NCBI GenBank assembly: GCA_049646385.1
Contig: JBARVS010000527.1
Location: forward strand, 1-51,702
Length of the DNA: 51,702 nucleotides
Direction of reading: 5' to 3'
Source: Phormidesmis sp.
Lineage (GTDB): Bacteria > Cyanobacteriota > Cyanobacteriia > Phormidesmidales > Phormidesmidaceae
Of the stretch, positions 18,643-29,959 are shown piece by piece (position 1 is the stretch's first letter; each line of letters begins with the position of its first letter). Under the pieces are notes generated by a model. The model did no database searches, was not told the DNA's origin, and saw nothing but the letters and a program-made list of their open reading frames with translations. The position numbers were made by a program, and so were the translations under genes.

Positions 18643-19671
18643 ATGGTTCAGGAAAGACCGCTGCCGATATTTCAAGCGTCTAAGTCTCAGGTGACGAAAG
18701 ATGAGGGGCTTCGTATCTACGAAGATATGGTGCTGGGTCGCTACTTTGAAGATAAGTGCGCTGAGCTTTATCAGCGGGGAAAAGTCAAGGGATTCGTACA
18801 TTTGTACAACGGTCAGGAGGCGGTTTGTTCGGGCGTTGTTAAGGCGATGCGCGCTGATGACTACGTGTGCAGCACGTACCGCGATCATGTTCACGCGCTG
18901 AGTGCGGGCGTGAGTGCGCGGGCAGTAATGGCGGAGCTGTTTGGTAAGGAAACTGGCTGTAGCAAGGGTCGTGGCGGCTCTATGCATATGTTTTCTAAGG
19001 AGCACAACATGCTAGGCGGCTTTGCCTTTATTGGTGAGGGCATCCCGGTGGCGTTGGGGGCTGCTTTTCAAAGTCGCTATCGGCGTGAGGCAATGGGTGA
19101 TGCGAGCGCCGACCAGGTAACGGCGGCGTTTTTTGGCGATGGTACGACGAATAACGGCCAGTTTTTTGAGTGCCTGAACATGGCGGCGCTGTGGAAGCTG
19201 CCGATTTTGTTCGTGGTAGAAAACAATAAATGGGCGATCGGCATGGCTCACGAGCGGGCGACTTCTCAACCCGAAATCTATAAGAAGGCGAGCGTTTTTG
19301 GGATGCCCGGTTATGAAATAGATGGCATGGACGTGCTGGCCGTGCGAGCGGCGGCGACGACTGCTGTAGAGCGAGCCCGAGCCGGGGAGGGGCCGACGCT
19401 GTTGGAGTGTTTGACCTATCGCTATCGGGGGCATTCGGTGGCCGACCCGGATGAATTGCGGCCTGTAGATGAGAAGAAGTTTTGGCGCGATCGCGATCCC
19501 ATCAAGCGGTTTGAGGCTTATTTACTAGAGCAAGATCTTACGAGCGAAGCCGATTTAAAGGCGATTCGCGACAAAGTTACAGAAGTCGTAGAAGATTCGC
19601 TGACGTTTGCAGAAGAGAGCCCGGAGCCCAATCCAGCCGATCTTTACAAATACGTTTTCGCCGAAGACTGA
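18643..19671 (+). CDS. pdhA: pyruvate dehydrogenase E1 alpha subunit
   Basis: [21 protein letters not shown] motif FGDG...ENNKWAI, YRYRGHS. Likely ATG at 18643. Confidence 0.97.
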   Translation: MVQERPLPIFQASKSQVTKDEGLRIYEDMVLGRYFEDKCAELYQRGKVKGFVHLYNGQEAVCSGVVKAMRADDYVCSTYRDHVHALSAGVSARAVMAELFGKETGCSKGRGGSMHMFSKEHNMLGGFAFIGEGIPVALGAAFQSRYRREAMGDASADQVTAAFFGDGTTNNGQFFECLNMAALWKLPILFVVENNKWAIGMAHERATSQPEIYKKASVFGMPGYEIDGMDVLAVRAAATTAVERARAGEGPTLLECLTYRYRGHSVADPDELRPVDEKKFWRDRDPIKRFEAYLLEQDLTSEADLKAIRDKVTEVVEDSLTFAEESPEPNPADLYKYVFAED

Positions 19672-19722
19672 CCTTGCACACGCCGTTCATCATTCATAAT
19701 TCCTCATTCATCCTTCTCTTCT

Positions 19723-20706
19723 ATGGCCCAAACTTTTCTATTCGACGCCCTTCGTGAAGCTATCGACGAAGAAATGGCCCGCGATCAAACTGTGATGGTC
19801 ATGGGTGAAGATGTCGGTCAGTATGGTGGCTCTTATAAGGTCACGAAAGATCTGTACGACAAGTACGGCGCGCTGCGTGTGCTAGATACGCCGATTGCTG
19901 AAAACAGCTTTACGGGTATGGGCATCGGGGCGGCAATGACGGGCCTGCGACCGATTATTGAAGGCATGAACATGGGGTTCTTGCTGCTGGCTTTTAACCA
20001 GATTTCTAATAACGCTGGGATGCTGCGCTATACTTCTGGCGGCAATTTTAAAATTCCGGTGGTAATTCGCGGCCCTGGTGGTGTCGGCTCTCAGCTGGGC
20101 GCGGAGCACTCACAGCGGCTAGAGGCTTACTTTCAAGCGGTGCCCGGTCTTAAGATTGTGGCTTGCTCTACGCCCCGAAACGCCAAAGGATTGCTAAAAG
20201 CAGCCATTCGTGATGACAATCCTGTCCTCTTCTTTGAGCATGTGCTGCTGTACTTTAACAAGGAAGACCTGCCGGATGATGAGTACATTCTGCCGCTAGA
20301 CAAAGCTGAGATGGTGCGCTCGGGTAAAGACGTGACGATTTTGACCTATTCACGGATGCGCTACCACGTGATGCAGGCCGTAGCGTCACTGACCCAGCAG
20401 GGGTACGACCCTGAGGTGATTGATCTAATTTCGCTCAAGCCAATTGACTATGACACGATTGGCCGCTCAATTCGCAAAACGCACCGGGTGATTATTGTTG
20501 AAGAATGCATGAGAACCGGGGGGATTGCCGCTGAGATTATTGCCTCTATTAATGATCGCTTTTTTGATGAGCTAGACGGGCCTGTCATTCGTCTGTCGTC
20601 GCAGGATATTCCGACGCCTTACAACAAGGGTTTGGAAGATTTGACCATTGTGCAGCCCGCGCAAATTGAGGAAGCTGTGGAAAAAATTATGCAGAACCGT
20701 CTGTAA
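19723..20706 (+). CDS. pdhB: pyruvate dehydrogenase E1 beta subunit
   Basis: [32 protein letters not shown]. Confidence 0.97.
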   Translation: MAQTFLFDALREAIDEEMARDQTVMVMGEDVGQYGGSYKVTKDLYDKYGALRVLDTPIAENSFTGMGIGAAMTGLRPIIEGMNMGFLLLAFNQISNNAGMLRYTSGGNFKIPVVIRGPGGVGSQLGAEHSQRLEAYFQAVPGLKIVACSTPRNAKGLLKAAIRDDNPVLFFEHVLLYFNKEDLPDDEYILPLDKAEMVRSGKDVTILTYSRMRYHVMQAVASLTQQGYDPEVIDLISLKPIDYDTIGRSIRKTHRVIIVEECMRTGGIAAEIIASINDRFFDELDGPVIRLSSQDIPTPYNKGLEDLTIVQPAQIEEAVEKIMQNRL

Positions 20707-20732
20707 ATCGCATCACAATTCATCAATCTTTT

Positions 20733-20762
20733 GGCCTCGATCTTAACGATTGGGGCTGTTTG
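20733..20762 (+). terminator. possible stem-loop/weak terminator after pdhB
   Basis: GGCCTCGATC-ttaac-GATTGGGGCT hairpin with several G-U pairs, followed by GTTTT. Confidence 0.35.
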
Positions 20763-20890
20763 GTATTAGGATGTGTAACTGCTGCGATTCTCAAAAGGAG
20801 AGGCTGCGCGCCTGCCAAAAAAACAGACTCGTTTTGGGCGGCTACTTGGGCAACTACAATTACTTTTATTGATTTTATTGGGTACGCACT

Positions 20891-22327
20891 TTGGGTAAGC
20901 AACGCTTAATACTGGCCGCTTTGCTGGCGCTGACGATTGCAGCGGTGGTGATCATCGTGCAAATTCCAACCCAGCTCGGGCTTGACTTGCGCGGGGGAAC
21001 TCAGCTCACAATGCAGGTGCAAACCACGGAGCAAATTACCAAAATTGATGAAAGGCAGCTAGCGGCGGTGCAGCGCGTGATTGAAAACCGCGTCAACGGG
21101 CTGGGCGTTTCCGAAGCGGTGGTGCAAAGCGTCGGGCAAGATCAGCTTTCGATTCAGCTACCGGGGGTGAGCGATCCCGAACAGGCGGAGCGGGTGCTGG
21201 GCGGGACGGCGCAGCTTGAGTTTCGCAATCAAAAGCCGAGTACCGAAGGCGAATTTTCGGCGCTGCAAACAATTGCGGCCCAGCAGCAAATTCAGCAGGA
21301 TGCGCTGGCCAAAAGTGGAGATGCAGAGGCGATCGCGGCTAATCAGAGTGCGATCGCAGCCACCCAAACAGACATTCTAGCCTTATTTTCTGACAGCAAA
21401 CTCACTGGCAGCGACTTAAAAGACGCCCTCGCCCGACCGATGGGTGGCCCTGGCGGTGCCTGGGAAGTTGTGATCGAATTTACTAAAGAAGGCGCAGATT
21501 TGTTTGCCCAACTCACTCGCGATATTGCGGGCACGGGTCGCGGCATCGGCATTTTTTTAGATAACCAGCTCATCAGCGCGCCCGGTGTAGATGTGCAATA
21601 TGCGCAGACTGGCATCACAGGCGGAAGCGCTGTCATCTCAGGCCGATTCGACGCCCAATCAGCCCGCGACTTAGAAATTCAGCTGCGCGGCGGCTCACTC
21701 CCACTGCCAGTGAAAATTATCGAAAACCGCACCGTTGGCGCAACATTAGGCCGTGACAGCGTGCAGCGCAGCCTTTATGCTGCCCTGTTTGGGCTGACGC
21801 TAGTGCTGGTATTCATGGCGATTTACTACCGAGTGCCGGGAGTGCTCGCAGACATAGCGCTGGTCGTCTACGCAGTGCTGACCTGGGCCGCTTATAACCT
21901 TTTGGGCGTCACCCTGACGCTGCCGGGGATTGCCGGATTTATCCTTAGCATCGGCATGGCCGTAGATGCCAACGTGCTGATTTTTGAGCGCACTCGTGAA
22001 GAGCTACGCGCTGGCAAAACGCTCTATCGCTCCGTAGAATCTGGCTTTTTTCGCGCCTTTTCCAGCATTTTAGACAGCAATGTCACTACCTTGATAGCCT
22101 GTGGCGCACTGTTTTTCTTAGGCACTGGTTTGGTGCGAGGCTTTGCGTTAACGCTGGCAATTGGCGTACTGGTGAGCATGTTTACCGCGATTACCTGCAC
22201 CCGTACGCTGCTGCTTTTCACCATTGCCCTGCCTCAGTTCCGTCAGCCCAAGCTTTACTGCCCCGGCCTTGATGCGCTCTCAAAAGACGGCTCAAAAAGC
22301 GGTAAGAATCCTTCGCCTGTTGCTTAG
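20891..22327 (+). CDS. secD: protein translocase subunit SecD
   Basis: LGLDLRGG, ENRVNGLGVSE, GIAGFILSIGMAVDANVLIFER. Confidence 0.97.
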   Translation: MGKQRLILAALLALTIAAVVIIVQIPTQLGLDLRGGTQLTMQVQTTEQITKIDERQLAAVQRVIENRVNGLGVSEAVVQSVGQDQLSIQLPGVSDPEQAERVLGGTAQLEFRNQKPSTEGEFSALQTIAAQQQIQQDALAKSGDAEAIAANQSAIAATQTDILALFSDSKLTGSDLKDALARPMGGPGGAWEVVIEFTKEGADLFAQLTRDIAGTGRGIGIFLDNQLISAPGVDVQYAQTGITGGSAVISGRFDAQSARDLEIQLRGGSLPLPVKIIENRTVGATLGRDSVQRSLYAALFGLTLVLVFMAIYYRVPGVLADIALVVYAVLTWAAYNLLGVTLTLPGIAGFILSIGMAVDANVLIFERTREELRAGKTLYRSVESGFFRAFSSILDSNVTTLIACGALFFLGTGLVRGFALTLAIGVLVSMFTAITCTRTLLLFTIALPQFRQPKLYCPGLDALSKDGSKSGKNPSPVA

Positions 22328-22384
22328 CACTTTTCTATTCCGTTATTGATTGTCTCTTCAGCGCCTTTGGCCGATAAAACTCAA

Positions 22385-23371
22385 ATGAAACTCAAAGTCA
22401 TTCAGCAGCGAAAACTATGGTGGTCTATTTCTATAGCGATTATCCTGGCGGGCATTGCGGCCATGGTGTTTTCATGGACACAATATGGCGCACCGATTCG
22501 GCCTAGCCTTGACTTTATTGGGGGCACCCGGCTTCAGCTTGCTCGTGACTGTAGCGTTGCGAGTAACTGCGCTAGTCCCATTGAGACCTCTGCCGTTCAA
22601 AAGGTGCTCACCGACCAGGGGCTAGCGGGCAGCGTTCAGCTCGCTGGTAATGACGGGCAGGCAGTGGTGATTAGCACTAGCGATTTGGATGTAGATCAGC
22701 GCGATCGCCTCCAGTCTGGCCTAGCCGAAGCCATTGGCAAAATTGACCCTAGCTCCACTCAAAACGATACGGTTGGGCCAGTGCTAGGCAAGCAGTTGCT
22801 CAAAACAGGACTGCTCTCTTTACTCGTTTCATTTGCGCTGATTGCGGCCTATCTTAGCCTGCGCTTTAAGCTTGACTACGCTATTCTTGCCGTTGTTGCG
22901 CTGCTACACGACTTGCTCGTAACGTTAGGAATTTTCTCAATTTTAAGCCTTGTGATTGGGTATGAAGCCGACAGCCTATTCATTGTGGCACTGTTGACCA
23001 TCGTGGGTTTTTCGGTTAATGACACCGTTGTTATTTATGATCGCATTCGCGAAACGCTCAAGTTTTACCCCGAGCAATCGATCAATCAAACGGTTGAAGA
23101 CTCCGTAAACGACACGCTAGGTCGTTCGATTAATACAACCTTGACTACAGTGCTACCCTTGCTAAGCATTGTGCTGTTTGGCGGCAGCTCGCTGAAGTTT
23201 TTTGCCCTCGCGCTCATTACTGGCTTTATTGCGGGTGCCTACTCTAGTATTTTCATTGCTAGCACGCTACTCGCTTGGTGGCGCAGCCGTTCTGAAGGAG
23301 ATGGCTTTGGCGGCGACGGATTGACCGACGATGAGCTAAATGAGCCGATAGATTCTGTGCCTGCGGTATAG
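22385..23371 (+). CDS. secF: protein translocase subunit SecF
   Basis: [41 protein letters not shown]. Likely ATG at 22385. Confidence 0.96.
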   Translation: MKLKVIQQRKLWWSISIAIILAGIAAMVFSWTQYGAPIRPSLDFIGGTRLQLARDCSVASNCASPIETSAVQKVLTDQGLAGSVQLAGNDGQAVVISTSDLDVDQRDRLQSGLAEAIGKIDPSSTQNDTVGPVLGKQLLKTGLLSLLVSFALIAAYLSLRFKLDYAILAVVALLHDLLVTLGIFSILSLVIGYEADSLFIVALLTIVGFSVNDTVVIYDRIRETLKFYPEQSINQTVEDSVNDTLGRSINTTLTTVLPLLSIVLFGGSSLKFFALALITGFIAGAYSSIFIASTLLAWWRSRSEGDGFGGDGLTDDELNEPIDSVPAV

Positions 23372-23433
23372 ACCATTTTATCAGACAGGTTTCGCTTAAA
23401 ACGTCATTTCAAAAGCAAGGTTGAGCGAGTTTT

Positions 23434-23844
23434 GTGATGGAGCAGGATAGGGCTGAGGGAAAGCGGGCGATCGCACCAGAAATTGAGTCTTTACGACAGC
23501 ATATGATGCGTAACTGGTGGTGGGTTTGCCTAGCGCTTTGGCTCACCGTAGGGCTGCTAAGTCTGTGGTGGGTTCGCGCCGACCTGCAAGAGCTGCGAGA
23601 CTACTTCACCTGGGCGGCAGTGCGCTCAATGCTAGCGACCCATCGAGCCGCAGCCGTCGGCATTGGGCTTTGCTACGGGCTCACGCTAGCGCTGCTGTAC
23701 GCCGAAAGCCGTCATATTTTGCTAGGCATTTCTACCAGCGAGCGCCAGCAGCTCACCAGCCGCCTCGAAAAAATTCGTGAGCAAGGCCCCTCACACCCTC
23801 AGTGGAAAATCATTCAGCCTGCAAAAGCTCATTTGGAAAAGTGA
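23434..23844 (+). CDS. hypothetical two-TM membrane protein
   Basis: Two hydrophobic segments; YFTWAAVR and C-terminal IREQGPSHPQWK. Confidence 0.7.
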   Translation: MMEQDRAEGKRAIAPEIESLRQHMMRNWWWVCLALWLTVGLLSLWWVRADLQELRDYFTWAAVRSMLATHRAAAVGIGLCYGLTLALLYAESRHILLGISTSERQQLTSRLEKIREQGPSHPQWKIIQPAKAHLEK

Positions 23845-23965
23845 GGGGAGAAGTGGGGGCAAGTTAAATCAGGTTAAGCATTTATCCTAATTTTGTCTTT
23901 TACAGCGCTTGTGCTTCATGATTGCAACATAACCTGTTGTAAACACGCAAGCCACCCCTCTTTTT

Positions 23966-26875
23966 GTGAATTCACCCCGTTCCAGTCGTCCCTCTGGTAA
24001 TTCTTCTGGAAATCGCCTCGACCTGCCAGAACTTCCTAGCCTGGGACGCTGGTGGGGGCTGCTCGCCCTAGTTATCCTGCTAATTGCCTGCTCAAGTACG
24101 CTCACCCACTGGCTTACAGAATACTGGTGGTTTAGCTCGGCGGGGTTTGCTGAGGTATTTAAGCTGCGCCTGGGCTGGAGCGTGCTCTGCGCGGTGTTGG
24201 CTTTTGGGCTGTATGCGGGCGTGCTGCTGGCTAACTACTGTTTGGCTATGTGGCTGACGCGCGATCGCCCCTACTACATTCCTAAAAACAGCGAGTGGGC
24301 ACCGCTAATTCCCGGCATTGCCTTTTATAGCGCAATGGGTGTGGTCGTTCTTTTGGCCGTTAGCGCAGCTCAGCGAGGCAGTCAGGCTTGGGAGCTGCTG
24401 CTGAAGTTTTTTAACCCGACCGCTTTTAATATTGCCGATCCGATTTATCAGCAGGATGTCGGATTCTACGTTTTTAAAATGCCGATATATGAAGGCTTGC
24501 AGCGTGAAGGGCTAGAGCTGCTGGTATGGTCGATGCTGCTGGCGCTGGTGGTGTATGCCCTGCGCGGTGAAATTCGCTGGGAGCGCGGCTGGAAGTATTT
24601 TTTGACCGGGCCAGTGAAGGCACATTTGTGTTTGCTGCTCAGTGCGATCGCTCTATTCGTCGCCTTGGGCTACTGGCTCGCCCGCTATGACTTACTTTAT
24701 TCAGCTAGCGGCGTTGTCTTCGGCGCAGGCTACACCGACGTTAATGCAAGGCTGCATTCCTACGTCATTATGGGTATCGTGACGCTGGTTCTGGGCGCTC
24801 TATTTATTGTCTCGCTGTGGAGACCGGGCTTTTCGCTGCCTGTGACTAGCCTTGCGCTGTACTTCACCGTTTTGCTCGTCGTCAGCGGTCTCTATCCCTG
24901 GATTCAGCAAACCCTGATCGTAAAGCCCAATGAGCTAGATAAAGAAACGCCCTTTATCGCTAATAATCTAGAACTTACCCGCCAAGCCTATGGACTCAAT
25001 AATGTACAGCGCGAAGAGTTTGTCGTTAAAGACAGGCTGGATCAAGCAGCGCTTGAAAAAAATGAAGGAACGCTGAGCAACCTGCGCCTGTGGGACTATC
25101 AAACGCTGCTGAGCACCTACCAAGAGCTGCAAAGCTTGCGCCTGTACTACCGCTTTCACGATGTTGATATTGATCGCTACACGTTAGACGGCGACTATCG
25201 CCAGGTCATGCTCGCCGCTCGCGAACTTGACTATGATGCGGTACCCGACAGAGCCAGAAACTGGGTGAACCAGCAGCTTAAATACACGCACGGCTACGGC
25301 GTTGCGATGAGTCCGGTCAATCAGGTCACGGTGGAAGGACTGCCCGACTTTTTTATCAAAAACATTCCGCCTGAGGTTTCCAAAGCGATCGCCCCCGACA
25401 TTTCCATAACAGAGCCTCGCGTTTACTACGGCGAAGAAACCGACCACTATGTTTACACTGGCACCAGCACCCGCGAATTTGACTATCCTTTGGGCAACGA
25501 CAACGCCACGAATACCTACGCAGGCACAGGCGGTGTCCCGATTGGATCGCTGTTGCGCCGGCTCACCTATGCCTTCGACTTTGGGACGCTAAAGCTGCTC
25601 ACCTCCAACTACTTTACCCGTGACTCTAAAGTTCACTATCACCGCAATATAGTGGCTCGGGCAAGGCAAATAGCGCCCTTTTTGCAAATCGATAGCGATC
25701 CCTATTTGGCCCTGGTAGACGGGCGTTTTAAGTGGATACTAGACGGGTATGCGATGAGCGATCGCTATCCCTATTCTGTGCCTTTAGCTAGCTCCCCCTA
25801 CGCCGAGCCCTTTTTAGCGTCTACAGGCACACTCGCAGAGATTGCCCAAAGCGGCGCTAACTACATTCGAGACGCCGCCAAGGTCGTGATCGACGCTTAC
25901 GACGGTTCTGTAACCCTTTACGCCATCAGCGAAAGCGAGCCAATCTTAGCGACCTACCAAAAAATATTTCCTGGTTTATTCACGCCGTTAGCCGACGCAT
26001 CTGCCGAGCTGCGCAGTCACTTTCGCTATCCGCTTAACTTGTTTCAAATTCAGTCACAGATTTACCGCGCCTATCACATGGCCGATACCGAAGTTTTCTA
26101 CAATCAGGAAGACCTCTGGCAGTTCCCCCAGCAGCAGGGCAACAGCGGCACGCCTGAGCAGATGCAGCCCTACTACGTAACCATGCGACTGCCTAACGCC
26201 GAGAGTGAAGAATTTTTGCAAATTTTACCCTTCACCCCGCTGAATAAGGGCAATATGGTTGCTTGGATGGCGGCTCGCTGCGATCAGGCGCATTACGGCG
26301 AGCTGGTGCTCTATGAGTTTCCTAAGCAGCTACTGGTATACGGCCCTGGGCAAATAGAAGGCCGGATTGATCAAAACACCGATATTTCTCAGCAGCTCAC
26401 CCTCTGGAATCAGCAAGGATCGAGCGTCATTCGCGGCACCCTGTTGGCCATTCCTGTCGATCAGTCCTTGCTCTATTTTGAGCCCGTCTATCTGCAGGCC
26501 GATCAGGGCGCGCTGCCTGAGCTAAAGCGGGTCATCGTCGCCTTTAAAGACACTATCGTGATGCGTCAAACGCTGCCTGAAGCTTTAGCCGCCATCTTTG
26601 GCAATAGCCTACCCGATAAACCCGCTCAGGTAGGTTCTAGCAGTAATGCGGGTGATGAGCCTGGTGATTTGGTGCAAGCGGCGATCGCCGCCTACGAACA
26701 AGGCGAAAAAGCGCTGCAAAGTGGAGACTGGGCCGCCTATGGACAATCTCAGCGGCGCTTAGGGCAAATCCTTCAGCAGCTCAACCGCGATCCATCAGCC
26801 TCAGCCGTACCATCCCCCACCAAGCCACCTCAAAATAAGCCCTTGCCCACCAAGCCGACCTCAGAACCGCCATAG
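23966..26875 (+). CDS. UPF0182 family membrane protein
   Basis: About 970 aa with about 7 N-terminal TMs; GAGYTDV, RLWD, YTHGYG, NYIRDAAKVVIDAYDG, EPVYLQA, LPELKRVIV. Confidence 0.92.
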   Translation: MNSPRSSRPSGNSSGNRLDLPELPSLGRWWGLLALVILLIACSSTLTHWLTEYWWFSSAGFAEVFKLRLGWSVLCAVLAFGLYAGVLLANYCLAMWLTRDRPYYIPKNSEWAPLIPGIAFYSAMGVVVLLAVSAAQRGSQAWELLLKFFNPTAFNIADPIYQQDVGFYVFKMPIYEGLQREGLELLVWSMLLALVVYALRGEIRWERGWKYFLTGPVKAHLCLLLSAIALFVALGYWLARYDLLYSASGVVFGAGYTDVNARLHSYVIMGIVTLVLGALFIVSLWRPGFSLPVTSLALYFTVLLVVSGLYPWIQQTLIVKPNELDKETPFIANNLELTRQAYGLNNVQREEFVVKDRLDQAALEKNEGTLSNLRLWDYQTLLSTYQELQSLRLYYRFHDVDIDRYTLDGDYRQVMLAARELDYDAVPDRARNWVNQQLKYTHGYGVAMSPVNQVTVEGLPDFFIKNIPPEVSKAIAPDISITEPRVYYGEETDHYVYTGTSTREFDYPLGNDNATNTYAGTGGVPIGSLLRRLTYAFDFGTLKLLTSNYFTRDSKVHYHRNIVARARQIAPFLQIDSDPYLALVDGRFKWILDGYAMSDRYPYSVPLASSPYAEPFLASTGTLAEIAQSGANYIRDAAKVVIDAYDGSVTLYAISESEPILATYQKIFPGLFTPLADASAELRSHFRYPLNLFQIQSQIYRAYHMADTEVFYNQEDLWQFPQQQGNSGTPEQMQPYYVTMRLPNAESEEFLQILPFTPLNKGNMVAWMAARCDQAHYGELVLYEFPKQLLVYGPGQIEGRIDQNTDISQQLTLWNQQGSSVIRGTLLAIPVDQSLLYFEPVYLQADQGALPELKRVIVAFKDTIVMRQTLPEALAAIFGNSLPDKPAQVGSSSNAGDEPGDLVQAAIAAYEQGEKALQSGDWAAYGQSQRRLGQILQQLNRDPSASAVPSPTKPPQNKPLPTKPTSEPP

Positions 26876-26973
26876 ACAGCATCTAGTTCCAGACCGTTGC
26901 CCCAAGCCCTTGTCCCAAAGCCTGGTCTTGAATCCTTATTTTAGGCAGCCTCAGATAGTAGCTTCAGACAATG

Positions 26974-28302
26974 TTAGTGCTTAGCCACGTGAATTTTCAG
27001 CGCGCTGTTTTCTATTTCTGAGTGACGAACATCGTTAGCCATAGCAGCTAACGACTGTGGCTTAAGCGCTCTCTTCGGCTCAAGCACGTTTTCCATCAGC
27101 CGTTCGTACGCATTAATAGCCTGCTGAAACGAATAGTTTTCAACCGCAAACTGACGCCCCTGCCTGCCTAATCGCTCTAGCTTTTCAGGATCGTCATACA
27201 AACACGCAATAGCCTTGGCCAGCTCAGTTGGGCTCTCAGGTTCTACAACCAGCCCGCTGCCGCTTTTTAAGACCGCTTCGGCGGCTGAGCCATGAAAAGG
27301 CACTGAAGCGATAATAGGCCGCCCACTCGCCATAATTTTTTGAGTTTTTGAAGGCATGTTAAAGCCCACCACGTTGTGCTTTTGCAAAATGAGCGAGATG
27401 TCGGCTGCTGCTAGCATGTCTGGAACCGCTTCTGCGGCAACGAACGGCCTGAGCATCACGTTCTTTACGTTGAGTTCCTGGCACAGGTTCTTAAGTTCTG
27501 CTAGCTGGCCAGCCTCTCCCACGATTACAAACTGAATATTAGGATTGTCCTGCATCTGCTTAGCCGTACGAATCACAGTCTGTACGCCTTGCGTACGAGC
27601 AATGTTGCCAGAATAGAGCACAACAAACTTTCCTTCTAGCCCGTGGGCCCGACGGAAAGCGTTTTCTACCTTAGACAGTGGCTTCACGAAATCAACGTCT
27701 ACCCAGTTAGAGATGCACTCTATTTTCTGAGGCAAAACGCCTTTGCCTCTTAAGTTTTGAGCAAAAGAGGGCGTGATGACGCTGATTTTAGTCGCGCTTG
27801 CATAGGCAAATTTTTCCAGCTTCTCAAACACTTTGATAGCGAGTGGGTTGTTAATCAGGCCAGTTTGCACAGCAGCTTCGGGCAAAATATCTTGCAGACT
27901 CAGCACGGTTGGGCAGCGATGAAAGGCTTTAGCCGCCGCTACGGGCAAACAGGCAGGCAGTGAGGGGCTAGTCGAAAGAATGATGTCAGGACGCCAGCCA
28001 GTAATCGCCTTTAGAAAGCTCAAAACAGCAAAGCTGCCATCTAATAGAACTCGGCCTATTAAGCTCGGCTTTGGCTTCACCATGACATAGCACCGTTCGA
28101 TTTCTACGCCATTGCGAACTTCTCTTTTGTAAAGCTTGCCTTGATACTCAGGATATATTTTGCGCTCTGGGTAGTTAGGCATCGCTGTTACCACCCTTAC
28201 CTTATGTCCTCGCTTAACCAAGCCCTCTGCAAGCTCCGTCATCAGAGGGGCGATTCCAATAGGCTCTGGGTAATAATTGTATGAATAGATTAGGATACGC
28301 AT
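26974..28302 (-). CDS. glycosyltransferase family 4 (WcaI-like)
   Basis: MRILIYSYNYYPEPIGIA, VLYSGNI, NMPSK, MASGRPII. Likely ATG at 28302 (track ORF extends to 28383). Confidence 0.9.
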   Translation of the reverse strand: MRILIYSYNYYPEPIGIAPLMTELAEGLVKRGHKVRVVTAMPNYPERKIYPEYQGKLYKREVRNGVEIERCYVMVKPKPSLIGRVLLDGSFAVLSFLKAITGWRPDIILSTSPSLPACLPVAAAKAFHRCPTVLSLQDILPEAAVQTGLINNPLAIKVFEKLEKFAYASATKISVITPSFAQNLRGKGVLPQKIECISNWVDVDFVKPLSKVENAFRRAHGLEGKFVVLYSGNIARTQGVQTVIRTAKQMQDNPNIQFVIVGEAGQLAELKNLCQELNVKNVMLRPFVAAEAVPDMLAAADISLILQKHNVVGFNMPSKTQKIMASGRPIIASVPFHGSAAEAVLKSGSGLVVEPESPTELAKAIACLYDDPEKLERLGRQGRQFAVENYSFQQAINAYERLMENVLEPKRALKPQSLAAMANDVRHSEIENSALKIHVAKH

Positions 28303-28797
28303 AGAGGGCATGTTCTTTAAGCTAGGCGTTTTCAAAAGCACGTAGAAGACGTTTGATGGGATTACAGCGTAGGCGCAGGGCACTATCCGTATTTGTAACT
28401 ATTTGCATTTAGCCTATGCGCCATGACCCATTGATCTCACGAATATTTAGCTAGCTTCAGCTAATCTTTAGAGAGCATGATGTTTATGTAAGTTTCCTTA
28501 TAAAGCACCCGCTTATCAAGACTGTTTTACGCTCATCTACTAGCGGTTCATACTGATAGCCATTGGCAGAGTCTACGAGGGCCTGATTTGAGCAGAATCT
28601 TTCAGCGTAAGGGTATGAGATACCTATAGTGGCTCAACTACATATCACATTAGCCCTGTTCAATAGGTCGCAAATGTTACTTCAGTTGTACTTTACTAAT
28701 TCCCAGTCGGAAGAATAAAAAGCTCAGATGATTCACGCATTTTTTACATTTTTACGGCGCTGCTTTAATCAAAATTTGCAAATAGGAACCGTAGGGC

Positions 28798-29904
28798 ATG
28801 GCTACTAACAAGCAGCCTCAGTGGGATGCTGCAAGGCTTTTATCTACGCTGAGCTATTTTGGTGAAATTCCATTCATTGGCAGCTTTCGCTGGCTACAAC
28901 AACTAATGGGGCAAAACACCGTAGTTCCTGGCATGAACCTAAACGCTATGAAGGCAAAAGTCGCTGTCGTTAGTTCTGGTTATTCTAAGCAACTAAGGCG
29001 GCTCCAAGCGCAAGCGGCTCCGTCAACCGACTTATTTTTTTATGAGCCACAGCTAGGGTCTGTTACTTCCTTAGAGCAGGCCGATAACCTCTCTTCCGAT
29101 CTAAAAGCACTCATCCGGATGTCAGACACCGTGATTATGCTAGATGTGCATCAATATTCGGCGCTGATGAGCGATTTTGTCGGCTACTGCCAGGAGAACT
29201 CCGAATTCTCTTATCAAAGCATTTTTGACTTTTCGATGGCCGATTTTGATCTATCTGCTTGGGGCGCGCTTGATGATGTGGTGATGGGCGGGCTTAGCCA
29301 GGGAAGTTTTTTTATGAGGGGACAGCAGGCGGTATTTGCTGGCAATGTTTCGACTGGCAACTCAGGTGGATTTTCATCGGTGAGGACTCAGAACTTTAAC
29401 CCGCCTTTTGACTGTTCGGGCTGGCGCGGTATGCGGCTAAAGGTATTGGGAGATGGCCAGCGATACAAGTTTATTTTGCGCGATCGCGAAGGCTGGGACA
29501 CGCCAGCGTATATCTATGGGTTTAATACTGCCGAAGGCGAATGGACGGATGTTGCTATTCCTTTTGATCAGATGGTGCCTACCTTCCGAGCTAAATCTGT
29601 GCCTGATGCGCCCGCTTTTGATCCGGCGAAGGTGTATTCCATTCAGCTGATGCTCAGTAAGTTTGAGTATGATCGGCGCTTGAATCCTGACTTTACGCCG
29701 GGGCCTTTTGAGCTAGCTGTGAAAGAGATCGGTGTTTATCGTCCTCGTCAGGGTGTGAGGTTGATTATCGTGGGCAATCAAGGTGAGAGTGTGAAGCTGC
29801 GTGAGCAGTTGGATCAAACGCAGATAGACTACCGATTTATCGAATCGGAGAACGAAAACTGGGTGAGTGAGATTTCGCAAATTCTATCGCCCGATGCTCA
29901 CTAA
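28798..29904 (+). CDS. CIA30 (NDUFAF1-like) domain protein
   Basis: WGALDDVVMGGLS, NSGGFSSVRT, GDGQRYKF, QLMLSKFEYD. Confidence 0.88.
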   Translation: MATNKQPQWDAARLLSTLSYFGEIPFIGSFRWLQQLMGQNTVVPGMNLNAMKAKVAVVSSGYSKQLRRLQAQAAPSTDLFFYEPQLGSVTSLEQADNLSSDLKALIRMSDTVIMLDVHQYSALMSDFVGYCQENSEFSYQSIFDFSMADFDLSAWGALDDVVMGGLSQGSFFMRGQQAVFAGNVSTGNSGGFSSVRTQNFNPPFDCSGWRGMRLKVLGDGQRYKFILRDREGWDTPAYIYGFNTAEGEWTDVAIPFDQMVPTFRAKSVPDAPAFDPAKVYSIQLMLSKFEYDRRLNPDFTPGPFELAVKEIGVYRPRQGVRLIIVGNQGESVKLREQLDQTQIDYRFIESENENWVSEISQILSPDAH

Positions 29905-29937
29905 AAAGCCCTAGTACGGCTGGGTACCAGGGCTTTT
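29904..29937. terminator. bidirectional intrinsic terminator between convergent genes
   Basis: AAAAGCCCTAGTAC-ggctgg-GTACCAGGGCTTTT: 14-bp stem with one mismatch and A/T tracts at both ends. Confidence 0.75.
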
Positions 29938-29959
29938 GGCTGAAGCTTTAATAAAGCAG

